A program made the position numbers and the translations under genes. Shown in pieces: positions 12,758-24,416 of a stretch of DNA of 64,000 nt (positions are counted from its first letter, which is position 1; every line of letters starts with the position of its first letter). A model generated the notes under the pieces. It was not told the origin of the DNA. It did no database searches and worked only from the letters and a program-made list of their open reading frames with translations. This DNA is from an uncultured Methanosarcinaceae archaeon. Its GTDB lineage: Archaea; Halobacteriota; Methanosarcinia; Methanosarcinales; Methanosarcinaceae. The stretch lies in assembly GCA_963833425.1 (NCBI GenBank), contig CAWHXP010000003.1, positions 128,001 through 192,000 of the forward strand, given 5' to 3'.

Positions 12758-13333
12758 TTATATCGCGGTAGATATTTTATGGAAAAATAGCTTGATATAT
12801 CCGAGATAGGGAATCCGGTACTTTGCAGTCCCTATAATCCAACTGTCTTTTACAGGCATATCATAGCTAATCTGCCCTTCCTGGTCAAAGTGCTTGTTGG
12901 TTACAGTATTATCTCCCTTCGTTACATAGCCAGAATATGGGGCAGAAGGCCCTCCTAACCACATAGGTTCTCCCGTTTCTACCCTATACATTGCCCTATG
13001 AATAATAGGGGTTACCCCCTCCAGACCATAGGGACGGTAAAGAATCACATCTCCATAATTTTTAAAGGATTCATATCCCGATTTTTTTCCTTCTTCATTA
13101 GTGGTAACATTCACTCTATCGATACTTTTAACAAAAATAATGTCTCCTATCTGCATATGAGGTTCCATACTCCCTGACTCCACTACAACCATTGGCGTCC
13201 AGAGCCCGAATGCCAGCTTAGAAAGGACCATAAAAGTAATCAGGAAAGCTATGACCGACAAAATATCCTTTCCAAAGGAAACCCAGGTATTTTCCTCCCC
13301 CTGGGTACTGTTTTCATTCTCATTTGTGTTCAT
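12758..13333 (-). CDS. Signal peptidase I (S26, archaeal/ER Sec11 type)
   Basis: N-terminal TM helix, VVVESGSMEP (catalytic Ser), GD, PIIHR, TKGDN, IPYLG. Confidence 0.93.
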   Translation of the reverse strand: MNTNENENSTQGEENTWVSFGKDILSVIAFLITFMVLSKLAFGLWTPMVVVESGSMEPHMQIGDIIFVKSIDRVNVTTNEEGKKSGYESFKNYGDVILYRPYGLEGVTPIIHRAMYRVETGEPMWLGGPSAPYSGYVTKGDNTVTNKHFDQEGQISYDMPVKDSWIIGTAKYRIPYLGYIKLFFHKISTAI

Positions 13334-13470
13334 AATCAGCCTTTATTCTCTTGATTCTTTTCTTCTGTTGCTGCATAATTTTTCATTTGACCTTACCAAA
13401 ACTGAATATTTATTTGATCAAACTTATATGTTACAGCCCCTAGATTGAGTGATACGACTTCTGGATTATA

Positions 13471-13558
13471 GATGATTTCAATAAACCCCAATTTTGGGTT
13501 GGTCTTGTATAAAGCGTATAAAAACGAGTTGTCAAATAGGAGGTTTATCGAAATTCTT
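13471..13558. mobile_element. 88-bp MITE with IS5-type TIRs
   Basis: gatgatttcaataaacc ... ggtttatcgaaattctt. Confidence 0.75.
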
Positions 13559-13569
13559 TATGATATATA

Positions 13570-13685
13570 TAACTTACGCAGTCGAAACACATAATTAGCA
13601 GCCTATGACATAAAACTATTCAAAATTACTTACATTTCAAAAATTCGCATGTGCTTTATCGTTGATATCCAACTGTATAAATTCT
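13570..13685. repeat. Possible degenerate small inverted-repeat element
   Basis: aacttacgcagtcgaa ... tccaactgtataaattc imperfect inverted ends. Confidence 0.35.
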
Positions 13686-13823
13686 ATGAGTGATAACATT
13701 AATAATTTAATACAGTACTACACGAACTTTTAATCGATGATTTTCAAAAGAAAATCCACATTTTGTGTTTTATTAAAAGATCTGAGTAATATACATGCAA
13801 GTTCTCCAAATAAATCTAGTACA

Positions 13824-13914
13824 AAGAATTTTGATAAGCTTCTGATTTTCACTAGTGATTTGTACATACCATTTATTAGCCTATGACAAAATAGACGAGT
13901 TTATTGAAGTTCCT
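13824..13914. mobile_element. Degenerate ~90-bp MITE with IS5-type TIRs
   Basis: aagaattttgataagc ... gagtttattgaagttcc; interior similar to 9919-10007. Confidence 0.65.
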
Positions 13915-14277
13915 GTGTAAGACGCGAAGTTTTGAATTTGATGTCTATCAGAATGGCGTTAGAAACATCGAACATAGAACACTATAGGTATATCTTAGAG
14001 TCTCAGGGGCGTCTGTTAACCACTATGCAGACAATAATTTATTAGATATATCCTATACATGTTACTTCTATACTAGTGATTGACAAAGAGATAAGCTGAT
14101 GAAAAAATACATGAGCACCAGGTTCGAGAATTAAATTTCCATGACATATTATCTCAAGAAATAAAAAAGTCGTGTTAGAAAAACTGCTATAACGAAACTT
14201 ACACAATATGTTAGGAAATAAATACAACGAAGTATTTTTTTGTTTCATCTACTCTAAAAATAAGTGTAAGAAGCCTG

Positions 14278-14508
14278 TTATCTTTTCAAAATTCCTACAA
14301 CAGCAAAATTTTTCAAAACTTCATGCCCATGGGGTGCATCATCCATGGTTTTCGTAAGATCCTGTCCGGAATCATGAAGTCCCTGGTGGATGCCATCTTT
14401 CCATAAATAACTATCAGAGATATCATAAATTTGGCCGCTATAAGCCACATAAATTTTTCCATTTTTCCCATTCTGATCCGCAAGTTTTTCAAGTGTGTAT
14501 TCATTCAT
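14278..14508 (-). CDS. Cytochrome b5-like heme/steroid-binding domain protein
   Basis: YVAYSGQIYDIS, WKDGIHQGLHDSGQDLT, APHG; GGAGG RBS. Confidence 0.9.
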   Translation of the reverse strand: MNEYTLEKLADQNGKNGKIYVAYSGQIYDISDSYLWKDGIHQGLHDSGQDLTKTMDDAPHGHEVLKNFAVVGILKR

Positions 14509-14568
14509 TTTTATACCTCCATTTTGATATCAATTTTACTTCATGATCACTGAAAGTCTCACCTGCCA

Positions 14569-16704
14569 TCAAACATTCAAGATTTTCAACATTTCATCAA
14601 CTTCGGTGGTTGGAAGCTGACATTCATAGTCCCTGCATACGTATGCAGTAGCTTTTCCCTCAATTAGCACCTGCATTTTAGTATATGCCGCCAGAGTTGT
14701 AATTTCTGGATCCATTCCCTCTGGTCTGAAAACTAACACCTTGTTAGGGATGAAATGGGTCCAAAGCTCTTTAATCATGCGTCTCGTATCAGCAGCCTCA
14801 TGCTTTCCAACAATTACCACTTCATATGCAGGGCCTATCCTGAAGTCGAGAGCTGACAGGAACTGGGTATACCCAGATGATGTTTTTCGTATCAATTTTG
14901 AAAACGCGCATTCTAACCCATCAGCTGTATTTTTCAGTTCAAGATCAGCAATTATTCTGGAAAGCCTTAGAAGATTTGACATTTCTACTGAATTCCCCGA
15001 TGGTAGAGCCGTGTCAGCAAATTCTTTTGTTCTGAAGATGAGTGATTCGCTATCATCAGCAGTAAAGAAGAATCCACCATGTACACGATCCCAGAAATGC
15101 TCTATGAGTTCCCTATTTAGACAAATGGCTGCTTTAAGATAGCGCAGTTTGAATCCGGCCTCATAGAGGTCAAGAAGTCCATGAATAAGGAATGAATAGT
15201 CATCTACAGTTCCAGAAATGCCGGTTTCTCCATCCCTATAACGGTGAAACAATCTTTTGCCAGGATTATAAAGGGTTTTGAGAATAAAATCAGCGGCTTT
15301 CTCAGCAACCTTCAAATACTTTTTCTCACCAAAAGTCTGGAAACCCTTTGCAAGAGCTGCTATCATAAGCCCGTTCCAATCAGTAAGGATCTTATCATCT
15401 CTTGAAGGTCTTTTTCGTTTATTTCGGGCTTCCAAAAGTTTTTCTTTAGCTAATTTTACCCGCCGCTCGATTTCATCTGTCGAAATTTGGAGTTCGGCAG
15501 CGAGGACGTCAAAAGGTTGGGTCATATAAAGAATATTGTTGCCAGTCTTTTTATCACTAAATTCTTCTTCAAAGTTACCTCCTTCTTTCAAATTGAACAC
15601 TTTGTTGATTAGTTCGGATTCCTCAATATCAAGGATACTTGTTATCTCTTCTAACGTCCATAGATAATAAATTCCTTCTTCTCCTTCAACATCTGCATCT
15701 TCACCACAGTAAAACCCACCTTCAATGGACGTCAGGTCTCCTAGCACGTAATCCATTGTTCTCAGTGCTGTTTCCTTATAAATTTCTTTTCTGGTAACCT
15801 GATAGGCTTCTGTATATGCAACAGCAATAAGAGCCTGATCATATAACATTTTTTCAAAATGGGGGACAATCCACATATTGTCTGTTGAGTAACGATGGAA
15901 ACCCGACCCCAAATGATCCTGGATACCTCCTCGGTACATGTTATCCAGAGTAAATTCCACCATGTTTAGGGCTTCAGGGTTTCCACTGCGTCTCCAGTAT
16001 CGGAGTAAAAAGAATATTTTGTGCGGAGTCGGAAATTTAGGTGCCCTTCCAAAGCTCCCGTATTTACTGTCAAACGATCTCAGCAGTTCGTCGTAAGCCT
16101 TGTCCATTATTGCTTCCCCGAGTTTCACTCCTGAAGACTCTGGGATCATACTCTGCGCCCCGATTTCCTCTCCTGAAGACTCTGAGATCATATTCTGTAT
16201 GGTTAAAGTGATCTTTTCAGCCGAATCAATCACCTCTTTATTCTGCTTGTTCCAAATCTCCTCTATCTTAGGCACGAGCTCTAGCATCCCTATCTGACCT
16301 AAACGGGATTTTTTGGGGATATAAGTTCCTGCAAAGAAAGGCTTCATTTTCGGGGTCACAATTACACTAAGTGGCCAGCCTCCTCTTCCAAGGAAAATCT
16401 GACAAATTGTCATGTATAAGTTATCGATATCTGGTCTCTCTTCTCTATCTACTTTTATGCAAACAAAAGCCCTGTTCATAAGTTCTGCTACTTCTTCATC
16501 TTCGAAAGACTCATGTGCCATTACATGACACCAGTGACATGTAGAGTAACCAATTGAAAGAAAAATGGGTTTATTTTCTTTCATGGCTTTTTCAAAAGCT
16601 TCTTCTCCCCAAGGATACCAATATACAGGATTATATGCATGCTGTAGAAGGTATGGACTCTTTTCTTTGATCAAACGGTTAGTTTTTTTATTTTCTGTTC
16701 CCAA
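14569..16704 (-). CDS. Thioredoxin domain-containing protein (YyaL/SPATA20 family)
   Basis: [61 protein letters not shown]. Confidence 0.95.
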   Translation of the reverse strand: MGTENKKTNRLIKEKSPYLLQHAYNPVYWYPWGEEAFEKAMKENKPIFLSIGYSTCHWCHVMAHESFEDEEVAELMNRAFVCIKVDREERPDIDNLYMTICQIFLGRGGWPLSVIVTPKMKPFFAGTYIPKKSRLGQIGMLELVPKIEEIWNKQNKEVIDSAEKITLTIQNMISESSGEEIGAQSMIPESSGVKLGEAIMDKAYDELLRSFDSKYGSFGRAPKFPTPHKIFFLLRYWRRSGNPEALNMVEFTLDNMYRGGIQDHLGSGFHRYSTDNMWIVPHFEKMLYDQALIAVAYTEAYQVTRKEIYKETALRTMDYVLGDLTSIEGGFYCGEDADVEGEEGIYYLWTLEEITSILDIEESELINKVFNLKEGGNFEEEFSDKKTGNNILYMTQPFDVLAAELQISTDEIERRVKLAKEKLLEARNKRKRPSRDDKILTDWNGLMIAALAKGFQTFGEKKYLKVAEKAADFILKTLYNPGKRLFHRYRDGETGISGTVDDYSFLIHGLLDLYEAGFKLRYLKAAICLNRELIEHFWDRVHGGFFFTADDSESLIFRTKEFADTALPSGNSVEMSNLLRLSRIIADLELKNTADGLECAFSKLIRKTSSGYTQFLSALDFRIGPAYEVVIVGKHEAADTRRMIKELWTHFIPNKVLVFRPEGMDPEITTLAAYTKMQVLIEGKATAYVCRDYECQLPTTEVDEMLKILNV

Positions 16705-16896
16705 TAAAATCCCTTCGGTTCTATTTCAGGGTTATATTCCTCGCGAGGTATACACTCTACCTACCAAGACTTCACGTTATTAAAACACTCTTGGACATTT
16801 TAATTCCTACTAGCCTAAACCAGCGATACTGCAGAATATTAACTTTAAACAACTGTCAAAATTCTTTAGCGATTCTTTGCTGAAACTAAAATTATA

Positions 16897-16982
16897 GAGG
16901 ATTTTGATCTTTCTAAGTTTCTTCATAAGTTTATAAGGTATACAAATAACTCGTGAAAATCAGAGATTTATCTAAGTTCTTT
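16897..16982. mobile_element. Degenerate ~86-bp MITE (inverted relative to 17152-17240)
   Basis: gaggattttgat ... atttatctaagttct; interior tacaaataactcgtgaaaatcagag. Confidence 0.65.
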
Positions 16983-17151
16983 AGAATAACTTCTCATAAT
17001 TTCTGGAGAGTTTGCATAACAAAAAACAGATACGTCCAAATTTTCCCATGTTCGATGATCCTACCTTAAATATCGATATAGCGGCAACTAAGTTGTTTTC
17101 TCCAGTCCTTTTAAAATTTTGAGAAACAATTTTGGGACTAAAATTAATCGG

Positions 17152-17240
17152 AAAGTATTTCGATAAACCTCTGATCTTCACGAGTTATTTGTATAGCTTT
17201 TATGAGCATACATCAAATTTGGGGATTCATCTTAATCCTC
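17152..17240. mobile_element. 89-bp MITE with IS5-type TIRs
   Basis: aaagtatttcgataaacctctgatcttcacgagttatttgta ... ttcatcttaatcctc. Confidence 0.7.
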
Positions 17241-17649
17241 TTTCAGCAACAATATGCACTTATTCTCTTTATTATTTTAAATTAATGATAGAAATAATAG
17301 TTTTGGAATAAAACTTACTTTCACATGAAATATTTTAAAATCAAACAACAATTTAATATTAAATACTTATTATGAAAGTTTTTGAATAATTAATTAAAAA
17401 TAAATCCAATGGTTAGTTTACATTGTAGCCTAAAGCGAATAAATAAGAGTGAAGTCTGATTATCGATGTGTGAATAAACAGGATACACGCTCTAAGAAAA
17501 TACCTCTAAAAATCCGTCAGTAAAATTCTCGGCCACTTTTTCAGGCTCTAGTCCTATTAATCGATGCTAAAAGGCTGTATATCTGAATGTGATTTTGCCA
17601 GTTTTAGGATAAGCTCGATATCTAGTTTGCTAGGATAAGTTAATGTTTC

Positions 17650-17944
17650 GATGAGTTCATCGAAAATGATATCAGCACGATAAAAATCTGTAACGCAATA
17701 GAACATAAAAGCAGGAGGTAAAAAAGATTACTTTCAGGGCTTAAGAAGAATAAGCCCAAATGCGATTCGTCCAGCATATCGAAAGATATATCAAGCCAGT
17801 GGTGTCCTTTCAATAGATTCTTGATTTCTTGGCGCTCGAGGTCGAAGCCGTGGTACCAAGGACAATATGATCACCACCGGGATATCTCGTCCTGCTGAAG
17901 TGGTCATTAATTTCTTTGAGTAGTGTCCTTGCATCTACAGTCAT
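17650..17944 (-). pseudogene. Small immunity-like protein remnant (DUF6714-like), frameshifted
   Basis: Reconstructed MTVDARTLLKEINDHFSRTRYPGGDHIV / ERQEIKNLLKGHHWLDISFDMLDESHLGLFFLSPE / YLPAFM across two frameshifts. Confidence 0.5.
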
Positions 17945-17960
17945 TTTATTTACCTTGCTC

Positions 17961-18130
17961 TCATGGGACAGGTACGAAATCTCGTAGAGGGAAGAGTCGA
18001 CTACCTTCTGGAATAATCAAATAAAAAACCAGTGCCGCACTTGGGAGACCCGTGAGCTCTGCCATTCTATCCATGAAGCTTTTGTCTGTGATAGGCTTTT
18101 TTATCTGCTCAGCTTCAGATGTATGATCCA
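17961..18130 (-). pseudogene. Orphan C-terminal tip resembling polymorphic-toxin (RHS-type) C-termini
   Basis: KKPITDKSFMDRMAELTGLPSAALVFYLIIPEGSRLFPLRDFVPVP*; no start codon; stop 16 nt before the next ATG. Confidence 0.45.
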
Positions 18131-18169
18131 ACAATAAAAGGCAGTAAAGAACCTCATATGGAAATAGGT

Positions 18170-18470
18170 GATTTATTAAGAAACAAGAGTATCAGCTCAA
18201 AAAAAAGAGATTCAAAGCAGGAAAAATTCTTGTTACTAAACCCAAAAGTGAATTTGAAAATTTTGTGTTACAGCGTTATGTTATAATCCACATCATTTAA
18301 TGACTTTGGGAATAATAAAAGTATTTGAATTTAAGGAAGCTATCTATAAAATCAAAGAATAATGAACCAGAAAAGAAAAAAGGATCAAAATACAGAAATT
18401 AAAGAGAAAGATATGGGCAGGATTCCCTTGGGAAAAAACAAAGGGAAATCAGAATTTTCAGATATCTTCC
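18170..18470 (+). mobile_element. IS5-family 3' end remnant
   Basis: Similar to 9225-9553 (ttaagaaacaagagtatcagctcaaaa, ttcaaagcaggaa, ggaagctatctataaaatcaaagaat). Confidence 0.75.
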
Positions 18471-18560
18471 AACTGACTTTTGGCAAGCTAAAAGTTATCT
18501 TAAGTCGACTTTATTTCTAAGATTTTTGAGAGCAATGACCATGAGTCCCAAGCACCTTTT

Positions 18561-19916
18561 TTATCTTCTATCAACAAGCCTTTTAGGTCTACCCTTAATT
18601 TTGTTCAAATCGAGCCCTTTTGGAACTTGAAAATTAAATAAAATCTTGAAAGTACCTGCTTCGTAAGCTCTGAAAAGTGGAGAGTGAGACCTGAGGAAAG
18701 TACGAATAAAGTTTTCTTTTATAAGATCTCTGTCACAGGTATCGGGATTTTCACATTCCATGCTGACTCTCAGTATAGTTTCTCCATCTTCTTCTCCATA
18801 AAGAAAAGCCTCGTATTCTCCAGTTATATAATTCATGTTTTCACGCTGGAATATGCCCCTTTCTACATCAACGCGGTTAAAAGGAGTACCCTCAACCCAA
18901 ACAGTTTCTGCCTCACGTTGTGGGGTCATGATTTTCATATGAGTTCTCCCGCATGGACATTTTTTACGAGTAAGCACTAAAGTGGTATCCTCAGTATCAT
19001 AATTTAGCAGAATATTTCCTGTTCTTGCTCCAGTAGGCAAAAGTTTACTAAGGACTATTCTTCCACATTCTCCATCAGGTATGAAATTTTCGATGTGGGG
19101 CTCGTAAACGTCGATGTGGACAAAATCTTCTGGCACATGCAGGCCAGAAATCTCATTACACTCCCCACACATTGTTCCTTCTGTGCTCCCATAAATATTG
19201 TACACAGGGCAATTCCAAATTTCGGAAAGATAGTTTCTCGATTCATCAGCAAAAGCTTCCCCTCCCACAACCAATTTATCTACACCTGATTCTTGTGGAT
19301 CAATGCCTTCTGCCTGCATCCTTTTAGCGAGGTTAAGAAGTTTGAATACGCTACCCACTATACCTGTCGGCTTATAAATTTCAATGATACGAAGAGGAAA
19401 AGTACATTTGCCCTCAGGGATGATGGTCATTCCAAGCTGCTTGGCTGCAAGGGTCATTGTATTAGCTCCCACATTCATCCCGTAAGAAGTACAAACAACA
19501 ACTCTGTCCCCATGCCCGAAGCCCTGCGACATGAAAATACGAGAGTATTTTTCTGCATAGTTTACCCAGTCTTCCCATGTAAGGAAAAAGCTTTTCGGAG
19601 TTCCGCTAGTGCCACTGGTTTCATGGATCGTGAAAACATCTTCCCATTCAACACTCCGAAACATAAATTCAAGAGTCTTAGGTGGCTGGTTTTCTTGGAT
19701 AGTTTTCCCGGAGATCACTGGAAGATCCCGAAGATCTTCATGAGTCTTAATTTCAATAGGATTTATTCCATGCTTTTCAAACCATTTTCTGTAAAAAGGA
19801 GAATTTTCTATCGCATATCTTATGGTGTACTTCACACGTTCATCTATGAGTGCGTCAAGTTCACCTCTGTCCAATGTTTCAATTTCCGTGTTGAAATAAG
19901 ATCTTGAGATATCCAT
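18561..19916 (-). CDS. Coenzyme F390 synthetase / phenylacetate-CoA ligase family
   Basis: HETSGTSGTPK adenylation motif, YGSTEG, ends KGRPKRLVDRR. Confidence 0.9.
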   Translation of the reverse strand: MDISRSYFNTEIETLDRGELDALIDERVKYTIRYAIENSPFYRKWFEKHGINPIEIKTHEDLRDLPVISGKTIQENQPPKTLEFMFRSVEWEDVFTIHETSGTSGTPKSFFLTWEDWVNYAEKYSRIFMSQGFGHGDRVVVCTSYGMNVGANTMTLAAKQLGMTIIPEGKCTFPLRIIEIYKPTGIVGSVFKLLNLAKRMQAEGIDPQESGVDKLVVGGEAFADESRNYLSEIWNCPVYNIYGSTEGTMCGECNEISGLHVPEDFVHIDVYEPHIENFIPDGECGRIVLSKLLPTGARTGNILLNYDTEDTTLVLTRKKCPCGRTHMKIMTPQREAETVWVEGTPFNRVDVERGIFQRENMNYITGEYEAFLYGEEDGETILRVSMECENPDTCDRDLIKENFIRTFLRSHSPLFRAYEAGTFKILFNFQVPKGLDLNKIKGRPKRLVDRR

Positions 19917-21933
19917 TACTAGAACACCATCGCAGAAAATTTAGCTGAATCAATAGCCTTGTTGTTTATTGACGTCGGGTCATAAAACGATTAATAATTA
20001 TGTCCATACCTAAATAAACTCAGTCGATAATTATTGAATGCTCACCTCCATCGATACCACTAATTTCTTGTGGAGCTAGCCCCAGGCTCAAAGCCGATCG
20101 TTCTTGCTGTGCACTTTTAGCACTTTTCTGTGCCATGAAATCAGAGGGTGCCGTTGTCATTCGCACATTGGAACTTGTCTGTGAAGAACCCTGTGCTATC
20201 TCGAAGTGATTGTATAAACAATCATCTCCATAGCAGAAATCCGGCTATTTAAAGAACAAAGAAATAAAAACTTTTTTTATTGGCCTTGCACAACAATCCT
20301 CATTTTTAAGATTTAAGATGAACTTAGGAACATCTAAGTACTATAATCTTCAGATTTAATAAAATTTAATAGAATCTTTGGAAAAATATGTGCCTTTGAT
20401 CATTGAACTTAGCATTTGAGAGATCAACGATAAGCCTGTTACAGGAAAGAAGTATATTCAGATATTTGAGATACAATAAGTATTGAAACCGGCTATAAAG
20501 TCTCTTTTGAAGAAGAGTGTCGTCCAATAAACTACCCTAAATACCTATATTGTTTACAATTTTAGTTAATTATTACTTGAAAATTAAATAATATCTGATT
20601 AGTAAGATAATAATTATATATTTATTCTGTGACTTTGTAAGACAGCAAGTAGAATATATCCATTCAATATCTCTCTGAATTATGAATTTCTGTTTGACAG
20701 TATGTAATTGGTTAAATCTGGTTACGGTTTATGATGATAAAACTATAGGATCGATTTCATTTTTATCTCCAGGTAAGCGAAAACTCAAAGGAATCTTCTC
20801 TTTTACCTAATATCAGCCATGCTTGATTAAAGTTTCACCATCTTTTAACTTGTCCATGCATTTGAAAGAGATTCAGCTTGCTTCAAAAGTGAATATTTCT
20901 GAGCCCATAGCCTATCCAAAAAGTCACTTAATAGCATGGTGTAAAGTATTTAGACAGAGGAATAGGAAAGTTCTAGATAAATGTATGAGCTCATTAGAAG
21001 CTCACAGTGAGACTTAAATCATAAAATTAATAGGTTATTCATTAACTTATTAAAAATTATGCCTTAGATGAATTATAAGATTATATTTTTATAATTTTTA
21101 CACTATAAAGCATTTTCAAAATACCAAAGATGAAATTTTTTGGATTCCAAGAGTAGTATTCTTGAGTCAGAAGAATTTGATCCTATTTATGAGACTTGTT
21201 TAATAGACAAACTTAGATAAAATTCTAAAAGTATTTTATGCATTAAAAGTTGGTTTTTGAAATTCGTCGGGACGAGTCAAGAAAAAAGCACTATAAAAAT
21301 TTATCTAACAACGTAAAATTGCAGTGTAACTGACTAATCAGTCAATTATAGAGATAATGCATGAAAGAAATCCATGCCATTATAAAAGCCAGCTTTATTC
21401 TTTTTGAACGTTTCTATTATTACATATTAGCTAAATAAGAGTCTGCCATAAAGCTGGTCAACAAAAAAGCTAGTTTATCCCCTGGAAGCCGGTATAAGAT
21501 GCAAATTTTTTTACACTTATTGTATCAAGTTTTATTTTTTAGGAATTCGCGCTCTAATTCTTCATTACATTCAAAGCGTATCTTTCCATAGGCATTATTA
21601 ATCAAGTAGAATCCGAACCAACCTAAACCCACTAAAACAAAACTAAATATAAAGAGCAGATAAAGCTGGATAACCATCCATTCTTTGTGAATTACCAACT
21701 GCTCTCTTATGGAAATCAAAGTTTGTATAATAACTATAGAAGATACCACACAAGAAGCAAAAAAATCTAAACAACGTTGAGAAATGATATCTACTTAGAA
21801 CTATTAATCGAAAAAGATAAATAAGGTAAACTGGAAAGTTTCTGGCAATTTCTTGCTTTTACAAAATGAGGCTAAATTTAAAAAATAAACTTGAAAAAAG
21901 TAGTATTTGTTAGGACTATTAATAATTTTTAAG

Positions 21934-22005
21934 TGGACCGGTCGGGAATTGAACCCGAGGCCTCTACCATGCCAAGGTAGCGATCTTCCCCTGATCTACC
22001 GGCCC
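21934..22005 (-). tRNA. tRNA-Ala (GGC)
   Basis: Reverse complement GGGCCGG...CTACC-TTGGCAT-GGTAG...GGTTCAATTCC...CCGGTCC-A; G3:U70 alanine identity pair; no encoded CCA. Confidence 0.95.
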
Positions 22006-22043
22006 TTGTTAGTTTGTGCTTGTCAGCACATAAACTCAGTATC

Positions 22044-22060
22044 GTATATAAAACTGTCGC
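22044..22060 (-). promoter_or_regulatory. Putative BRE/TATA box for tRNA-Ala
   Basis: Minus strand reads gcgacagTTTTATATAcg about 40-50 nt upstream of the tRNA. Confidence 0.5.
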
Positions 22061-22170
22061 CATTCAGGCTTAGCGTTCTTAAAACTAATTATGTGCAGTT
22101 CGCCTGATGCAAGCAATGGAGTTTACTACTCCTCGTGATACAAAAAAATGATTTAAAATCAAATATAATA

Positions 22171-22925
22171 GAGGATCCAGATTTACCTATATTTTTTTTC
22201 TTCGCAGAAATCCTGTCCATCTCTTTCGCGCTAATTTCCGCATTTTACCCGATTTTTTTCGGGTCCATTATTCTTTGATTTTAAAGATAGCTTCCACATC
22301 CTTAGAATACTCTTTTATTACCAAAGTAATTAAACTATAGAGATTATAACGAAAAGCTGTACACAACATCTTCAGCCTCACTCTTTGAAAAGTCGTGACA
22401 TCAATTTATCGGGCTCTGAGTACTTTTTAGTTACTGCATAAACTCATTTCCTGAGAGCTTTTTTTGGACTGATCCCCTTGTTTCTTAATATATACTTCTT
22501 TCATGGATGACTTTCTAGGGGCTTATCTGCTTTTGCTTGTTGAATCTGACGAATAAAAATAGAATCCTTAATCATTTCTTTTTTATTTTCAAAACCAAGG
22601 ATATCAAGCTGGTTTTATAATTGTTTCAACATTTTGTCTTCATTGCAGTTATCAATAATTCTTTTCATCAATGTCCAGACTGTGGTATGTCTGGCATGTA
22701 CTACAAGAAAACTAAAAGATTTCCTGAAAGAAATTCGATAATACATTATTTCTCAATTTCAAAGCCTTAAAGACCATTTCATTGCTGTAAAATCAGCATT
22801 TTAAACATAATGATTATGTTAGCTTAAGTTATGCCTTTTGAAACTGTTTTGTTAAAAAATATGAACTCAAAATGATACGAAAAGATTTTCAATCAATTAA
22901 GAATCAATTTTCTCAACTACTAGCA
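22171..22925 (-). mobile_element. Heavily degraded IS5-family remnant
   Basis: Colinear similarity to 49254-50385 (ctttgattttaaagatagcttcc, ggagattataac-like, aagaaattcgat, ttgctgtaaaa). Confidence 0.75.
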
Positions 22926-22959
22926 CAGTATCATATCCGATCTGGAGATCCTTGCAGGA

Positions 22960-23420
22960 GATTTTTAAGGAGTCTTGTTATCTCATTGTGGTATCTAGGG
23001 TGGCTATTTTTATGTTATACCAAAGGCGGAAAGGTGCACTGGGCCCGCACCAAGTACATAAAGCAATTTATAACGTATAGTCAAATGAGAATATTCCTGT
23101 AGGAAGATGTTAACTCGGCTTCGAGTTTGAGGCGATCTATAAGCCGGATTTTGCTAATGTCAAGGCCTCACCTGGAATAGCAAGCTCTTTATAGATGTAA
23201 CGTTAGTCAATCAACTGGATGTATCTATGACGAGTACGTTTTCATTTGGACTAATCGAGATCACCTTTTGCACCCCTCATGGAGCACCAGTTATACCTAA
23301 TTATCAGCCTCCCTTTGAGTTTACAGGCAATATCATATCCATAGAGCGACCTTGGACGTGAGTGGCCAGCTGATATAAGACGAGGAAGCCAAGATGCGCA
23401 TTTTCAGGCCGACAGTAAGA
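22960..23420 (+). pseudogene. Arylsulfatase C-terminal remnant
   Basis: Broken frames give LGFEFEAIYKPDFANVKASPG, GAPVIPNYQPPFEFTG, TLDVSGQLI*DEEAKMRIF, typical of long arylsulfatase C-termini as recalled. Confidence 0.6.
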
Positions 23421-23698
23421 TTGAAAAGTCATATTGATGTCTTTGAATGGCTATCCTAAAACAGACATAATGTCTCGATAGCCAGCGTGAAGGCAACTAA
23501 CAGTTTAATAAATAAACTTCAGAGAAGCGAATTGATACTTCAGAGAATGCACAAGCTCGGGAAGTCATCATTTAACTGATACTTGCGATTCCAATTCTTT
23601 GTTGCAATGAACTTAAGATATGCTGGATACTAATCCTGATAGGAAGTAAAGATGGCACAAAATGATCATGAGACATTGAATTTGGAGGAGCGTCAACA

Positions 23699-24035
23699 GT
23701 GAACCGGGAGAGCCCAGCAAGACCCCATCTCGCAAATGAGAGAACGTTTCTCGCCTGGCTTCGGACTGGAATTTCCTTAATCGTCCTTGGCCTGGCAGCA
23801 GCCAAATTCCTAGACGTAGTCATACGCGGACTGCCCCTTGTACGGGTATATCGATCGTCATGGTTGTAACGGGAATCTAGATGGCAGTGACGGTGCTAGG
23901 CGGTATATTCGCTATTCAAAGCAAATCGAAGCGGGAGAATTCATAGTCACCACCCAAAGCGCTGAGGTCGTAGCAAGACTAGTGGTTCTACTGGGACTAA
24001 TGTCGATCGTTTTCATCCTGTTGCTCCGTCGGTAA
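23699..24035 (+). pseudogene. DUF202/YidH-family membrane protein, frameshifted
   Basis: GGAGG RBS then [26 protein letters not shown]-terminal TM segment in another frame. Confidence 0.8.
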
Positions 24036-24416
24036 TATGACCTAATTTTCACACCATTATCAACAGGCTCTCTACCTTTATAAAGTGGGAAACGCCAGCT
24101 ATAGCTATCTGGATATTTGGTAGTGCCTCCATAGGTGACCGTGGAACCAAGGCTAATGCTTATGAAATTATTAGTTCAAGCAGCAGCTGAGATTCCATTA
24201 TTCATCATCAAGCAGAAAGGTAACGAACTTGTAATTGAGAGAGCAAAAAATACCTTAAATCGTCCAGAATTGTTCATTTTTGGACTTACTAATCTAAACT
24301 AAGGCATATATATAGGAAAAACGATGGATATGCTAAAAATATATTAAAGCAAGTTTGAAACGAGTTCAATGATTAAAATGAGGGTTAATGCAGCTCCCAT
24401 ATCTCGATCTTTTTGC

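Noticed and set aside
19293..19907. 204-aa plus-strand ORF and similar antisense ORFs (6097, 14741, 25035, 32957, 37524, 51452, 52031)
   Set aside because: Shadow ORFs opposite well-supported genes, with no recognisable motifs
20040..20240. GC-richer patch upstream of the F390 synthetase gene
   Set aside because: Probably a gene remnant, but no motif, ORF or clear structure could be supported
21907..22107. 66-aa ORF
   Set aside because: Overlaps tRNA-Ala on the opposite strand
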